A DNA stretch of 64,000 nucleotides from the human T2T-CHM13v2.0 reference genome, Homo sapiens: the NCBI RefSeq assembly GCF_009914755.1, contig NC_060943.1. One strand, written 5' to 3'. Within the stretch, counting starts at the first letter, position 1; each line of letters opens with the position of its first letter. Under the pieces are notes generated by a model. The model was not told the origin of the DNA, searched no databases, and saw only the letters and a program-made list of their open reading frames with translations. Below, piece after piece: positions 17,950 to 35,051 of the stretch. The position numbers and the translations under genes were made by a program.

Positions 17950-18260
17950 GAAGTGCCTCCCCAGTGCTTTGCATGGGCAGCTCCTTCCCGTCCCTTAGCT
18001 CAGATGTCCCCTCGGGGAGGCCTTCCCTGACCCCCATCTCAAGTACACAGCCTTCCTTTACTCTCCTTCACATCACTTTATTTTCTTCATAACCTTTCTC
18101 GCTGTCTGAAATTATTTTCTTATGTCTTCACCTGTTGTATCTCCTGTTACTAGATGTGAGTTCCATTGAGTTTGGGACTTGGTTTTGTTGGTCCCTGCTA
18201 TAGCCTTAATGCCTGCCTAGAACGTAGTAGGTCCTCCGCAAACTTTTGCTGGCTAAACAA
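17950..18260 (+). mobile_element. L2 fragment in CALM3 intron 2
   Basis: cagatgtcccctcggggaggccttccctgacc...tagatgtgagttcc...gcctagaacgtagtaggtcctc. Confidence 0.55.
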
Positions 18261-19789
18261 ACATCTCTCTCTCAGCAAGCTAGAAGAAATCCCTGGATCC
18301 CATCTAATTCATTTTTCTAACCCCTCCAAAACCCCAGAAGGGTCAGCTACAGGAACTATTGTGTAATTACAGATCCGTGCCTGCCTACCCGCCCATACTG
18401 AGCTGCCCGAGGACAGAGAGCAACTCTTGGTTTATCTCCATAGCCAGGGGCCAGCACACAGTAGACCAGAGTAGCGATCCAGAGAATGGGCCTCTGCTCC
18501 CCACCAGCTACCCAGCCCCCAGCTCTGCTGTCAGGTTCAACCGGCTGTGTAACAAGTACTAAAGGCCCAGCTTCTGCGGTGGGAGGCAGGAACGGACTTG
18601 CCTTCTCTCCTTTCTCCCCTCAACCCGCATCACAGAGTCACCTTTGCAGCTTCAAAATTTTGGCCCTGGGTGGCTATGGAGACCCCTGAGGAAAGCCAGA
18701 AGATGGCCTGGTTTAGTGATCATGAGCTCGGGGTGCCCCATGACCCACTCACTACCTGCCCTCCCCAAGAACAACAAGGCCTCAGCACAGGGAGGTGCCA
18801 GCCTCCCCAAAGAGACTCTTGCCATGTCCCCAGGGCCCAGAGGCTCAGGGCCACAGCTTCCCAGCTGTGCATGTCCCTCCCAATGCACCTGCCACCCATC
18901 TCCCAACTCTGGCCTTGTGCAACATAAACGGTCTGCTTTTCACCCTGTCCCCATTAGCAAACTGTCCACCGCCTCACCCCAGCCCACACCCTCTGGGAAT
19001 AGGCTGCCGGACATCTGTTTTTGGAGGGCTTGGGGGTAGAGGAGCACCAGGTGCCAAAATGGGCCCAGTGGGAGGGCAAGAGCCATGTGCTTTTCTCCCT
19101 GCCCCTGATGCGGCCCCAGCTGTGGCCTTCCCACTCAGCACTGCTAGCTCCTCATCCTCCTGGCTTGGCAGCCGTCCCCTCGCTTTCCATCCCCCCATCC
19201 ACCCCACGCACTGTCCGTCAGCCATGTTCTGCTGCCGACCACCCCCACGCTCACCACACGCAGTGGCTCAGCTCCTTTGGAAGCTGGTAGCACCCACGGC
19301 AAGGAACAGGGCTGCCAGTCAGAAGGGAGTGGATGCCTGCATTTCCTCTTCAGGCCGGCCAGAGGCATTCTGCAGCCTCCCCTCCTCGTCCCAGCCAGCC
19401 AACCCTGGCTAACACACTCAGACAAAGAATCCTTTCGGCTCTCATTCACTCCATGACTTTGGTTCATTTCATCATTTCAGGGAGAAGTCAAAGCCAGGGA
19501 CCAAACAGAAATGTAGAATCATCTAAGGACAGCTGTCAGACCATTTTCCCCACTGTCTTCACTGGCTGGCCAGAAAAATAGCTTCACCTAGCACAGTGTT
19601 GATGTTCAATAACTGTTGAATGAAGGTTGGAAGGGCTTTGCCCTGAGCACTGAGGAGAGAGAGCTGGTTGCGTGGGACTTGAAGTCTGTCTCAGTTTCTT
19701 TAGGTGGGACTGATGCCCTTGGCCTTCCTCCAGGGAAGGCATCCAGCATCCAGAGGTAAGGATTCTCCTGTGGACCTTGTGACCTCTGA

Positions 19790-20035
<246 letters not shown>

Positions 20036-20038
20036 TGA

Positions 20039-20768
<730 letters not shown>

Positions 20769-20893
20769 AGGCCCCCCGGGCAGCTGGCGATGCCCGTTCT
20801 CTTGATCTCTCTCTTCTCGCGCGCGCACTCTCTCTTCAACACTCCCCTGCGTACCCCGGTTCTAGCAAACACCAATTGATTGACTGAGAATCT

Positions 20894-20899
20894 GATAAA
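20894..20899 (+). terminator. Candidate proximal variant polyA signal (GATAAA) for the short CALM3 mRNA
   Basis: GATAAA ~125 nt after the stop, followed by a U/C-rich tract. The position fits the known short (<1 kb) CALM3 transcript. Confidence 0.5.
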
Positions 20900-21777
20900 G
20901 CAACAAAAGATTTGTCCCAAGCTGCATGATTGCTCTTTCTCCTTCTTCCCTGAGTCTCTCTCCATGCCCCTCATCTCTTCCTTTTGCCCTCGCCTCTTCC
21001 ATCCACGTCTTCCAAGGCCTGATGCATTCATAAGTTGAAGCCCTCCCCAGATCCCCTTGGGGAGCCTCTGCCCTCCTCCAGCCCGGATGGCTCTCCTCCA
21101 TTTTGGTTTGTTTCCTCTTGTTTGTCATCTTATTTTGGGTGCTGGGGTGGCTGCCAGCCCTGTCCCGGGACCTGCTGGGAGGGACAAGAGGCCCTCCCCC
21201 AGGCAGAAGAGCATGCCCTTTGCCGTTGCATGCAACCAGCCCTGTGATTCCACGTGCAGATCCCAGCAGCCTGTTGGGGCAGGGGTGCCAAGAGAGGCAT
21301 TCCAGAAGGACTGAGGGGGCGTTGAGGAATTGTGGCGTTGACTGGATGTGGCCCAGGAGGGGGTCGAGGGGGCCAACTCACAGAAGGGGACTGACAGTGG
21401 GCAACACTCACATCCCACTGGCTGCTGTTCTGAAACCATCTGATTGGCTTTCTGAGGTTTGGCTGGGTGGGGACTGCTCATTTGGCCACTCTGCAGATTG
21501 GACTTGCCCGCGTTCCTGAAGCGCTCTCGAGCTGTTCTGTAAATACCTGGTGCTAACATCCCATGCCGCTCCCTCCTCACGATGCACCCACCGCCCTGAG
21601 GGCCCGTCCTAGGAATGGATGTGGGGATGGTCGCTTTGTAATGTGCTGGTTCTCTTTTTTTTTCTTTCCCCTCTATGGCCCTTAAGACTTTCATTTTGTT
21701 CAGAACCATGCTGGGCTAGCTAAAGGGTGGGGAGAGGGAAGATGGGCCCCACCACGCTCTCAAGAGAACGCACCTGC

Positions 21778-21783
21778 AATAAA
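21778..21783 (+). terminator. Candidate intermediate polyA signal in the CALM3 3'UTR
   Basis: AATAAA; downstream element looks weak. Confidence 0.4.
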
Positions 21784-22374
21784 ACAGTCTTGTCGGCCAG
21801 CTGCCCAGGGGACGGCAGCTACAGCAGCCTCTGCGTCCTGGTCCGCCAGCACCTCCCGCTTCTCCGTGGTGACTTGGCGCCGCTTCCTCACATCTGTGCT
21901 CCGTGCCCTCTTCCCTGCCTCTTCCCTCGCCCACCTGCCTGCCCCCATACTCCCCCAGCGGAGAGCATGATCCGTGCCCTTGCTTCTGACTTTCGCCTCT
22001 GGGACAAGTAAGTCAATGTGGGCAGTTCAGTCGTCTGGGTTTTTTCCCCTTTTCTGTTCATTTCATCTGGCTCCCCCCACCACCTCCCCACCCCACCCCC
22101 CACCCCCTGCTTCCCCTCACTGCCCAGGTCGATCAAGTGGCTTTTCCTGGGACCTGCCCAGCTTTGAGAATCTCTTCTCATCCACCCTCTGGCACCCAGC
22201 CTCTGAGGGAAGGAGGGATGGGGCATAGTGGGAGACCCAGCCAAGAGCTGAGGGTAAGGGCAGGTAGGCGTGAGGCTGTGGACATTTTCGGAATGTTTTG
22301 GTTTTGTTTTTTTTAAACCGGGCAATATTGTGTTCAGTTCAAGCTGTGAAGAAAAATATATATCAATGTTTTCC

Positions 22375-22380
22375 AATAAA
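22375..22380 (+). terminator. CALM3 distal polyadenylation signal
   Basis: AATAAA with U-rich upstream and pyrimidine-rich downstream sequence. Confidence 0.85.
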
Positions 22381-24638
22381 ATACAGTGACTACCTGATTT
22401 GGCTCCTCTCCTCCTGTCTCAGTTTCTGGCCTGCCCCCCTCCAACACACATACACACCAACCCCAGCACTGACTCCTTTGGCCCAGAGGTGGAAGAGCCT
22501 CTCCTCAAAGCTGGCTCTGAAGCTGTGTCCAGTCAGTGCAGCCCAGTGGACGCCTCTGAACCACAGTTCTGATCCCAGCTAGATCGCAGGGTCATCAACG
22601 GCAGGGTCCTGTCCTAGAGATAGTCGCACAAATGGACTGAAAGGCGGGGACTGAGAAGGCTCCTCTGAGGCAGGCCCATCATGCCATGGGAGCACACAGA
22701 GAAGGGGTCAGCCCAGTCAGGTGGCAGGACTGAGCTGAGACCTACCTGAAAGATGGGCAGTCCCCTAGCCGGGTAGGGGAAGGACGGAAGGGCATTCCAG
22801 TTCGGGGGGACGACATGTATGGAAGCCCTGAGGCAAGAGAAGCCCAGACATCAAGGAACTGAAGGAAATCCAGCGAGACTGGGTGAGAGCCCCGAGCAGC
22901 TTGGAGCCCAGCCGGGTGAAGAGAGGAAGGCAGGGGCAGGCCCTGCAGTGGGTGAGCCTCTTGATGCTTTGGGGAGAGGGGTGGCATTCACTGCTTTAGT
23001 CTCACAGGCAGCCAAAACATGCCAAGTTTGGATCTACAGTGGTGAGAAAGGCATGGTCCTGAGCTCACAGGGAGGGCACGGGACTCAGTGTTGGTTTGAA
23101 GATCTGAAACAAAAAGCCCAAAACAATTGCAAACCACACAAGGCAGAGTACAAACCACTATGCGGTCACAGCCAAATTACAAACCACAGAAAGCTCAACT
23201 TTCTCGTGGCAAGTGGGGATGTGAGGAAGAAGCCGCCTCAACAGCGCCCAGTGGCACATTCCTGTAATCCTCCTACTTTGAGAGGCTGAGGCAGGAGGAT
23301 TGCTTGATGCCAAGAGTTTGAGACCAGCCTGGGCAACATAGCAAGACCCTCCCATTCCAGTGGGGCTATAGTGGAGGGATGGGTCAGAATCCTCAAGGGC
23401 TCTTCTCATTCTCCCTCGGGGGAATGGGGAATGAGAGGTTAATAAGCATTGTCTTTAACTTCTGAGCTTCTCACACAGGAGCTGGGCAAGGGTGGAGCAG
23501 AGACAGAAGTCAGTGGAATAAAAAGAGGTCCTTCCACTCATCTGCACTTGGCCTCAGAGGGCAGGGGAAGCCTGGCCCAATCCCAGGGCCCTCCTTGTGG
23601 CAGAGAGATCAGGCCTCGGCTGGGTTTTCCTGGTGCATCCCAGTCACCGGAGCCAGCGGCGAGGGTGGAGACATTGGGAGTGGCAGGCCATTTTCCAGGG
23701 CCCCAGCTTCTGGGCCCCCTTTTCCTGCCACCTGGTTGTGGCTTGGCATTTGGTGGTGCAGTAAAGACGGTAGAGTATAGTGGATAACTTGGGGTCTGAG
23801 CAAAAGCACCTGCCTTAGCATTCCGGTTCCAGCACTTACCTGCCTTGTGGCCTTGGGCAGATGCCTTAGAGTTTCTGGACCTCAATGACCCTGTCCACAA
23901 AATGGGGGTATAATGGTACCTGCCTCCTGAGCTGAGGATTGGATGAGGCTACAGGAAGGAGGGGGGTGTGCAGTGCTCAGGAAGTGTTCTGTGAGCACCT
24001 GCCGCCACTGGCTGGGTGCTTCCTGCTTCATGGGCTGCCTTTGAAGCTCTGCATCCATGAGCTCATCGGAGCCTTAAAGCAACCATTTGGGCTGGATGCC
24101 ATTAGTTCCCATTTTGCTGACCAGGAAACTGAGGCCCAGAGAAGTGAAGTCACTACTGCAAGGTTATGAAGTAGGAAGTGACACAGCCGGAATCTGAACC
24201 AGATCTAACCCTGAGGAGTCCAAGCCCACAGCAGCTGGGCTTTAGGGTAAATGGTAGTTTAAAAACAGACAGACTTCAGGCAGGCCAGAGCCAGAGCCAG
24301 TGGGGAGGCCAGGCTGAGGCTGGCGTCCCAGTGGTGGGGTCTGAAATGGGAGCTGCCCCCTTAGCAGTAAGGGTACCTGAGAAAAATTCTGGTCTAGTAG
24401 TTGAGTCAAAGATGGGCTGTGGTTTCCCACAGGATTGGGCTCAAATCCCAGGTTGAGACTCACTCACAAGAGTGAGTCTTCGTGCTCACTAAGTCCCAAG
24501 GGGCCACCTCTGCCACTTCAATAAACTTGGAGCAGCGATTTAACTTCCCTTGGCCTCCATTTACAAGTCTGCAAAATGGCAAAGGATAATAATCTGTAAA
24601 GGAAGACGATACAAATATCCACCAACTTGGGTTGTGCC

Positions 24639-24675
<37 letters not shown>

Positions 24676-24709
24676 AGATGGAGTCTCACTCTTGTCTCCC
24701 AGGCTGTAG

Positions 24710-24838
<129 letters not shown>

Positions 24839-24879
24839 TAGAAACGGGGTTTCACCATGTTAGCCAGGCTGGTCTCTAA

Positions 24880-25074
<195 letters not shown>

Positions 25075-26150
25075 TGAATAGCTGGGATCACAGGCGCCAC
25101 GCCCCACTAATTTCTTTTGTATTTTAGTAGAGACGGGGTTTCACCGTGTTGCCCAGGCTGGTCTCAAACTCCTGAGCTCAGGCAGTCCGCCCGCCTCGGC
25201 CTCCCAAAGTACTAGGATTACAGGCGTGAGCCACCGCGCCCGGCCGTGCCAAACTTTATAGACATCATTTCACTTAGTTCATACCCAGGCTGGATGGACT
25301 GATTAAAACGCAGCACCCGCTCAAGGTGTGCGGACCCTGCCCAGGCTTGCCGGCAGGAGTCACTAGAGAAATCTGGCAGTAGAGGAGTGGAGGCCGGGCA
25401 GGTGAAGCCTCTTGCACCACACTTACTGGAAGCAGCTGAGCGGGGTCTCAAAGCCCAGCGCACTCGGATCCCAACGCCCACGCCTTCTCCCACCGCATCC
25501 CGGTACCCATGCTTCTCAGCGGCCTATAAGTAGTTTCCCCCTTGGGCCCTATGTTTTGAAAGACTTTTACTGCCAGACAGGCTACATTATTAAATAATCA
25601 TGACTTCCCTTCCCATTTTTTATTAATCAAAGACAAATAGACCGCACTCAGCTTCTAATGGCCCCTGGGCAAGCGCTGAGGGGAGCCGGCTCCAGCCCAA
25701 AGAAGAGAAATGCCTAGACCGGGAGTCATTTCCAGTTCAGCCTCGCAGGTCTACCAGACCAGCTCAAAACCTGTCCTGAGAAAGTGACTAGAGAAGGGGA
25801 CTTACCAGGGATGCCCAACCAGGGCCGCCTGGGATCCTCGGGCTCCCAAGGATCCCCTCACTTCCCAGAGGGTGGCTCTGGGGCCACTCCTGAGTGTCAC
25901 TCCCAGTGTGACCAGCAGGTGGGGCAATGACCACGGAAGACCCTGAAGAGCTGCAACTCCCAGGCCCAGCCCACGGCATAAATCTGTGTGCGCCGGTGTT
26001 TAAGTCCCATTTGTGGGTCAGGCCGGGTGCTAGGGAGATGGGAATGAATAAAAAGAAAGAAATCGTAAAATGAATCAAGTCCCCTTGAGTCCCCCGTTCC
26101 CAGCACATCACTTCCTGAGCCCCACCCCAGACTAGGGCAGGCGCCTAGAG

Positions 26151-27301
<1,151 letters not shown>

Positions 27302-27360
27302 TAGTAGAGACGGGGTTTCACTGTGTTAGCCAGGATGGTCTCGATCTCCTGACCTCATGA

Positions 27361-27720
<360 letters not shown>

Positions 27721-27926
27721 TAACACATTTTTATGTGATTATTCAATCACCCACGTGGATTGTGAACGAGGTAGGGCCAAGGCTATGTCAGTCACCACTA
27801 TATTCCCAGTGGGCACGAGGCAGCCTCGGGTCCAGACCAGAGCAACTCAAGGTAATGTATGTTGAGTTAATGAATATACAGGAGGCTTAGAAGGGAGGCA
27901 TCAGATGCCCCAAGTTGGAGGTGTAA

Positions 27927-28184
<258 letters not shown>

Positions 28185-29481
28185 TGATCTGCCTGCATCA
28201 GCCTCCCAAAGTGCTGGGATTACAGGCATGAGCCACCGCACCTGGCCAGAAACCCTTCTCTTAACTTGGTTCACTTTCTGCTAAACCTCAGGTCCCCGCT
28301 CAGCCATCCCCTCCTTTCAGAAGCCCTCCTGCCTAGACACCCTTCCACCCTGCTTCATGACCATTCTGAGGACAGGGCTGTCTCCCCCACCAAACTGAGC
28401 TACGGGAGGGCAGGGCCAGGTCTATCTCTATCACTGCCATGTCACCAGCATCACAGGGACAAGCCCTGACATACAGTAGTCCCTCAACAAGACCCTGCGG
28501 AGCGGGTGAGCAGACACACGTCCTTGCCATGGCAGGCTGTGGCCAGTGCCATCGTGCAGCCGAAAAAGTTCTGAGGGCCCGCTGAGGGAGGAGTGGTTGC
28601 ATCTTCAAGGAGGAAAAATGTAAGAAAGAATTTGAAGGGCAAGGGTGTTTTTGACGGATGGAAAAGGGAAAAAACAGTTCCAGGAAGAGTGAGCTCAATA
28701 AGCAAAGATGCGGGGGCCCAAAATGTCACGGCCTCTTTGGGGAAACCGCAGCCATCTGTTGCGGCCTCAGCCAAGGCCTGCAGGGGGGTGGGAGCGCGGG
28801 AGCTGGCCAGGAGCCTCCAGGTGGCGCCTGAGCCCTGGGAGCTTTCCAAGGCTGGCAGGGACTGCCAGATAGAGCTCTCTGGACAGGACCCGGGCAGCTG
28901 GCAGAGAGGATGAACTTGGACAGTCAGGGGCCAGGATCCCATCTAGGAGGAGTTTCCAAATCACCCCCGAGGGGCAAAGGGTGGATGGGGGGCATTGTCT
29001 GAAAACCTCTGGCCTGTTAGACAGTGTAGACACCCAGGTCAGAGGTGGGGTGAGGGGAGGGGTCTGCAGCAAACAGTGAGATGTCAGGCCCTGGGGGAGT
29101 AAGAGCCCACAGAACCCCAGCTTCTACGTTGCATCCTCACTTCCCCTTAATCCTCATCTGAAAAATGGGAATGAGAGCAGCACCCACCGCAGGCAAGGAT
29201 GCTGTGGTCCAACGCTCAGCTCTGCCTGGTACACAGTGAGCCCTCAGAGGCCAGATGGGCAGAACTGACCCACCTTCGGGGGTGACACAGAGAGAGGAGG
29301 TGAGCACCCTTCAATGCCCTTCTCCAGAACCCCCCATCCCTTCCTCACCATCCTCTGTTGGGGGTAGGAGGGTTGGCCAAGGTTTGGCCAGGCGTGGTGA
29401 CAAAGTCAGGTCCCAATCTGATGTTTGTCAACCTGTTGTGCTTTTGCTTTTAACAAGGGCTTTTTTTTTTTTTTTCTTTGA

Positions 29482-29835
<354 letters not shown>

Positions 29836-29913
29836 TAACCAGGATGGTCTCTATCTCCTGACCTGGTGATCCGCCCGCCTCGGCCTCCCAAAGTGCTGGG
29901 ATTACAGGCGTGA

Positions 29914-30075
<162 letters not shown>

Positions 30076-30947
30076 TAATTTTTTTATTATTATTTGTAGA
30101 AACGGGTTCTTGATATGTTGCCCAGGCTGGTCTTGAACTCCTGGGCTCAGGGGATCCTCCCGCCTCAGCCTCCCAAAATGCAGGGATTACAGATGGGAAT
30201 CACCTCGCCCTGCCTACTTACTTTATTTTTTAAATTTTTTTTTAATCGCAGTAAGATACACATAACATAAAAGTTGCTATTTTAACCATTCAAAGTTACA
30301 ATTCAGTGGCATTCAGTGCATTCACACTGTTGAGCAACCCTCACTACTATCCAATTCCAGAACATTTTCATCACCCCAAAGGGGAACCCCAAGCTCATTC
30401 ATGGGTGACCTTGACCTGTTTTTAACTCTCCCAGACACCCCTTGTTCTGCTTTATTGTGATTTGAAACGTGGTTACCTGGGCAGGGTGGGGGAAGTCAAA
30501 ACACCCGAACCAGAGCCAGGAGGTGGTTTCCTTTTAAATTGTATCTGTCCAAATAACAATAGCAACAGCTGCAGCAATGGCAATCATAGTGACATTTCTT
30601 ATGGGCTTTATTCCAAGCCCTGAGCTAATTTGCTTTTCAGAGGGAATTGCTTAATCCCCAAAGCCGCCATGCAAGCTAAGTGCTAGATTATGATCAAAAG
30701 GAAACCAAGGTGTCCCGGAGTGGATAGACGGGCCTGCTCCAAGCCCACGCCCACTCGCTGTGTGAGTCGGGACAGGTGGATTATCATCTCTGGACCTGGA
30801 CTCCGTCTTCTGTAGAAAGGACTTATTGCTGGGCTCAGAGGCTCCCACCTGTAATCCAAGCATTTTGGGAGGCTGAGGTGGGAGGATCACTTGAGGTCAG
30901 GAGTTCGAGACCAGCCTGGCCAACGTGACGAAACCCCGTCTCTACTA

Positions 30948-31316
<369 letters not shown>

Positions 31317-32081
31317 CTACCCCTCGAAGAGTTGGCTGCTGTTGTCCTCATGGGAGGCTCAGGCCTCACGTACCGCGCCTCTCCCCAAGTGTGGATTTTT
31401 TGTTTTAACAGAGGGGGAGAGTAGGAAAGGGGAACTGGGACTGGCAGTGCAGTGGGGCTGGGTGGGGGGAGTTCCCACTCACCCTCCCCCACCCTAAACG
31501 CCTACTCACTTCCTTCCATGCTCATCAGCTCACTCCTGAGCACCCTCCATCCTGGGCCTCTCTGAGGGCAGGGAGTGGTCATGAGAAGCCGGTGTGGATG
31601 GCAGGCTGGAAATCACCCCGGCAGGGCCCAGGGTGGAGCAGGGGCTTGTCTGTGTCCTTAACACCAGGCAATCAGCACTGCTGAATTTCAGTGGAAGGTT
31701 GAGGGTTTTTTTGGGTTTTGTTTTTGAGACAGTGTCACGCCGTCACCCAGTGGCACGATCTCAGCTCACTGCAGCCTCAACCTCCCACGTTCAGGTGATC
31801 CTCTTGTCTCAGCCTTCCTAGGAGCTGGGACTACAGGTGTGCACCACCACGCCCAGCTAATTTTTAAAATTTTTTTGTAGAGACAAGTTCTCGATATATT
31901 GCCCGAGCTGGTCTCAAACTCCTGGGCTCAAGGGATCCTCCCACCTGAACCTCCCAAAGTGCTGGGATTACAGGCATGTGCTATGGTGCCCAGCCAAGTA
32001 TCTGTTGAATGAATGAATGAATGAAATCTTGGTGAGGGCTCTAAGGACACATAACATGAGGTCAGGCTCTGCAAGGAGGCT

Positions 32082-32091
32082 TTTATTTATT
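32082..32091 (-). terminator. PTGIR polyA signal (overlapping AATAAATAAA)
   Basis: tttatttatt on the + strand ~790 nt past the stop. Confidence 0.85.
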
Positions 32092-32874
32092 CAGGACCCT
32101 GGGGACAGGCACAGGACTTGGGTTTGTGTTCTGGGGCAGTCCCTGGGATCCGCAGCCCCCACCCTTCATCTGCCAGCTTCTCCATCTGTCTCCCCACCAC
32201 CTGCACCCCCCCCAGTTCTCATCTTGCAGCCAGTCAAGCTAGGTGGAATGTCTCAGGCCCTTTTTGTACCAAGCACATGTCCTACGTCATCACCCACAAT
32301 GCAGCAGCCTCCCCTTCCTCCCGTTGCCCCTTTGGGATGCCAGGGCTCCCAAGCCTGGTGGGGGACCAGCGGCAAGGGAAGGCAGGGAGCTTTTCCAATA
32401 ACTGTGGTTTTTGTGGAGCAGAAAGGGGCTGGCTCTTGGAGTGGCTTGGTAGAGGGGGAGGGCCATCCCCTGGGGACTTGGGGTGGGCAGTTGGGCCTCC
32501 TAAGTGGACGCAGATTGGAGCCAGCACCCAGACCAGAGCAGACCTGACTGTACAGAAGCCTCTGGGAACTTCTCCGCCTTCTAAATATTTAGACAATGAG
32601 ATGGATGGGGAATCCAGGGCCAGAGCAGGTCGGCCAGGCCACTGGTTATTTTGAGAGAACCATTCTTTCTGCACTCCAGGATAAACGTTTCCTCTGTCCC
32701 TCACTCTCTTCCCAGAGCCAGCAGCGACTGCCCTGCCGCAGGAGAAACAGCAGCTGATCGGCCCCAGAGTTTGGGGGCCAAGGTTCCAGCATCCGCAGCC
32801 ATCAGCCATGTCCCTGATTTTCTGGCTCCTGTCGCCCGAAGACAGGGCAGAGATCACAGGGTCAGCTTGAAATG

Positions 32875-33267
32875 TCAGCAGAGGGAGCAGGCGACGCTGG
32901 CTTCTGCTTTGGACGACGTTCCCACGGCGCTGCCGCTGGACTGCTGTGTGGGAGGCAAGGGCTCCACCTGCCCCTCGCCCCAAGCCGACAAAGGCACGCA
33001 GCTCCCCTCCTTTCCCACAGGAGCAGAGGGGGCCCTTGGGTCCCTCCTCCCGGAGGCGAGCTGGGAAAGGGGTGTCTGCGAGTCTCCGTGGGCAGGCCCG
33101 AGGCACAGGCAGCAGACCCAGAGCTTGAGTCGCTGGAAGACAGCCTTGCGGAAAAGGATGAAGACCCAGGGGTCCAGGATGGGGTTGAAGGCGTAGAAGC
33201 GGAAGGCAAGGAGGTCCCCCATCTCACTGCTGCTGTCAGGGGCGACAGCCTGGGTGAAGCAGCGGAT
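32875..33267 (-). CDS. PTGIR: Prostacyclin (IP) receptor, coding exon 3 (TM7, DPWVF, C-terminal CSLC CaaX)
   Basis: ctcag|ATC CGC TGC...CSLC*; 393 nt. Total 1161 nt = 386 aa + stop. Confidence 0.98.
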   Translation of the reverse strand: MRCFTQAVAPDSSSEMGDLLAFRFYAFNPILDPWVFILFRKAVFQRLKLWVCCLCLGPAHGDSQTPLSQLASGRRDPRAPSAPVGKEGSCVPLSAWGEGQVEPLPPTQQSSGSAVGTSSKAEASVACSLC

Positions 33268-34287
33268 CTGAGGGCAGGGTGAGGGCGTCAAGGAGCACCC
33301 AGGAGTCCTCAGCCTCCCCACCCTGGCTCCCTCCTCCCACTTGCTTACCAGGGATGAGGTAGGGGTGACATGTCAGAGGGGAAGGAGATAAGATAAAGAC
33401 TAAGTAACAAATGTATCTGGGGAACACAGGGAGAGAAAGCCCCAGGAAATTGCCAGAGATGCCTAAGGGGAGAGGGATGGGGGCCAGGTATGTGGGTCCC
33501 CCCACCCTTGGAAGCTGGGAGGACCCTCGGGCTCCACAGATTTTTGAGTATAACGTCCCTGCAAGAAGGTGGCGCCACCCGGCTGGGCCCCCTGAAACTG
33601 CCGCAGAGCTGCGGTGGTGCCTGTGTGTATCTGTCCACGGCATCTGAGTCTCTGAGTCAGAGTAACCCCCAAAAAAGATTTAAGGACCCCCCAATCCGGC
33701 CTGGCCTCTTGCATTTTACAGAAACAGAAACTGAAGCTCAGAAGAAAGGTGGCACGACCAGGTGTCACAGACACTGAGTGGGTACCAGGGTCTGTGCCAC
33801 TCCCATTGGGGAGGGGCAGGACGGGGTCCCCGCAGGAAACCGAGGTGCAGAGGCAAGGGTGGGGCCTGCTCTGAGGCAGAGGGGAGCCAGGTAGGTGGGA
33901 GATCAGGCTCTACAATGGAAGGACCCAGGACCAGGACCTGGCTCTGTGTGACTGGGCGAAAGACACTGCCCCTCATCTGTAAAAACGGGGATGGGAGAGA
34001 ACGTTCTCTTGGTTTCCTGCCAAATACTGTGGAATGGGTGGCTATGATCATTTTGAAAATTATCTTAGGAAGTATCTGTAAGCCACTAAGCACGGGGCGG
34101 GCATAGAGAAGTGCTCAATGAGTGGTGGTCTTGTCATTACAGGGGTGGGGAAGGATGGGGGATGCATTTCATCATGGGGGGCTCAGGATGCCTAAGCTGG
34201 GAGACAAGGTATCAGAAGAAGTCAGATGCAGAAAGACCCCTCCAGAAAGCCAGGAGCTGTCTGACTGAGGACCAAGCCTCTGTCTGA

Positions 34288-34981
<694 letters not shown>

Positions 34982-35051
34982 TGACATGGGCACAACCCAC
35001 AGAGCTGCCCTCCTCCTCTCCCCACTCCTCCCAGCTCCGGAGGGGACTCAC

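Larger units (their letters stand above)
20769..22397 (+). other. CALM3: CALM3 long 3'UTR
   Basis: Runs from the stop codon to the distal AATAAA (22375-22380); free of interspersed repeats; 3' end approximate. Confidence 0.85.
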
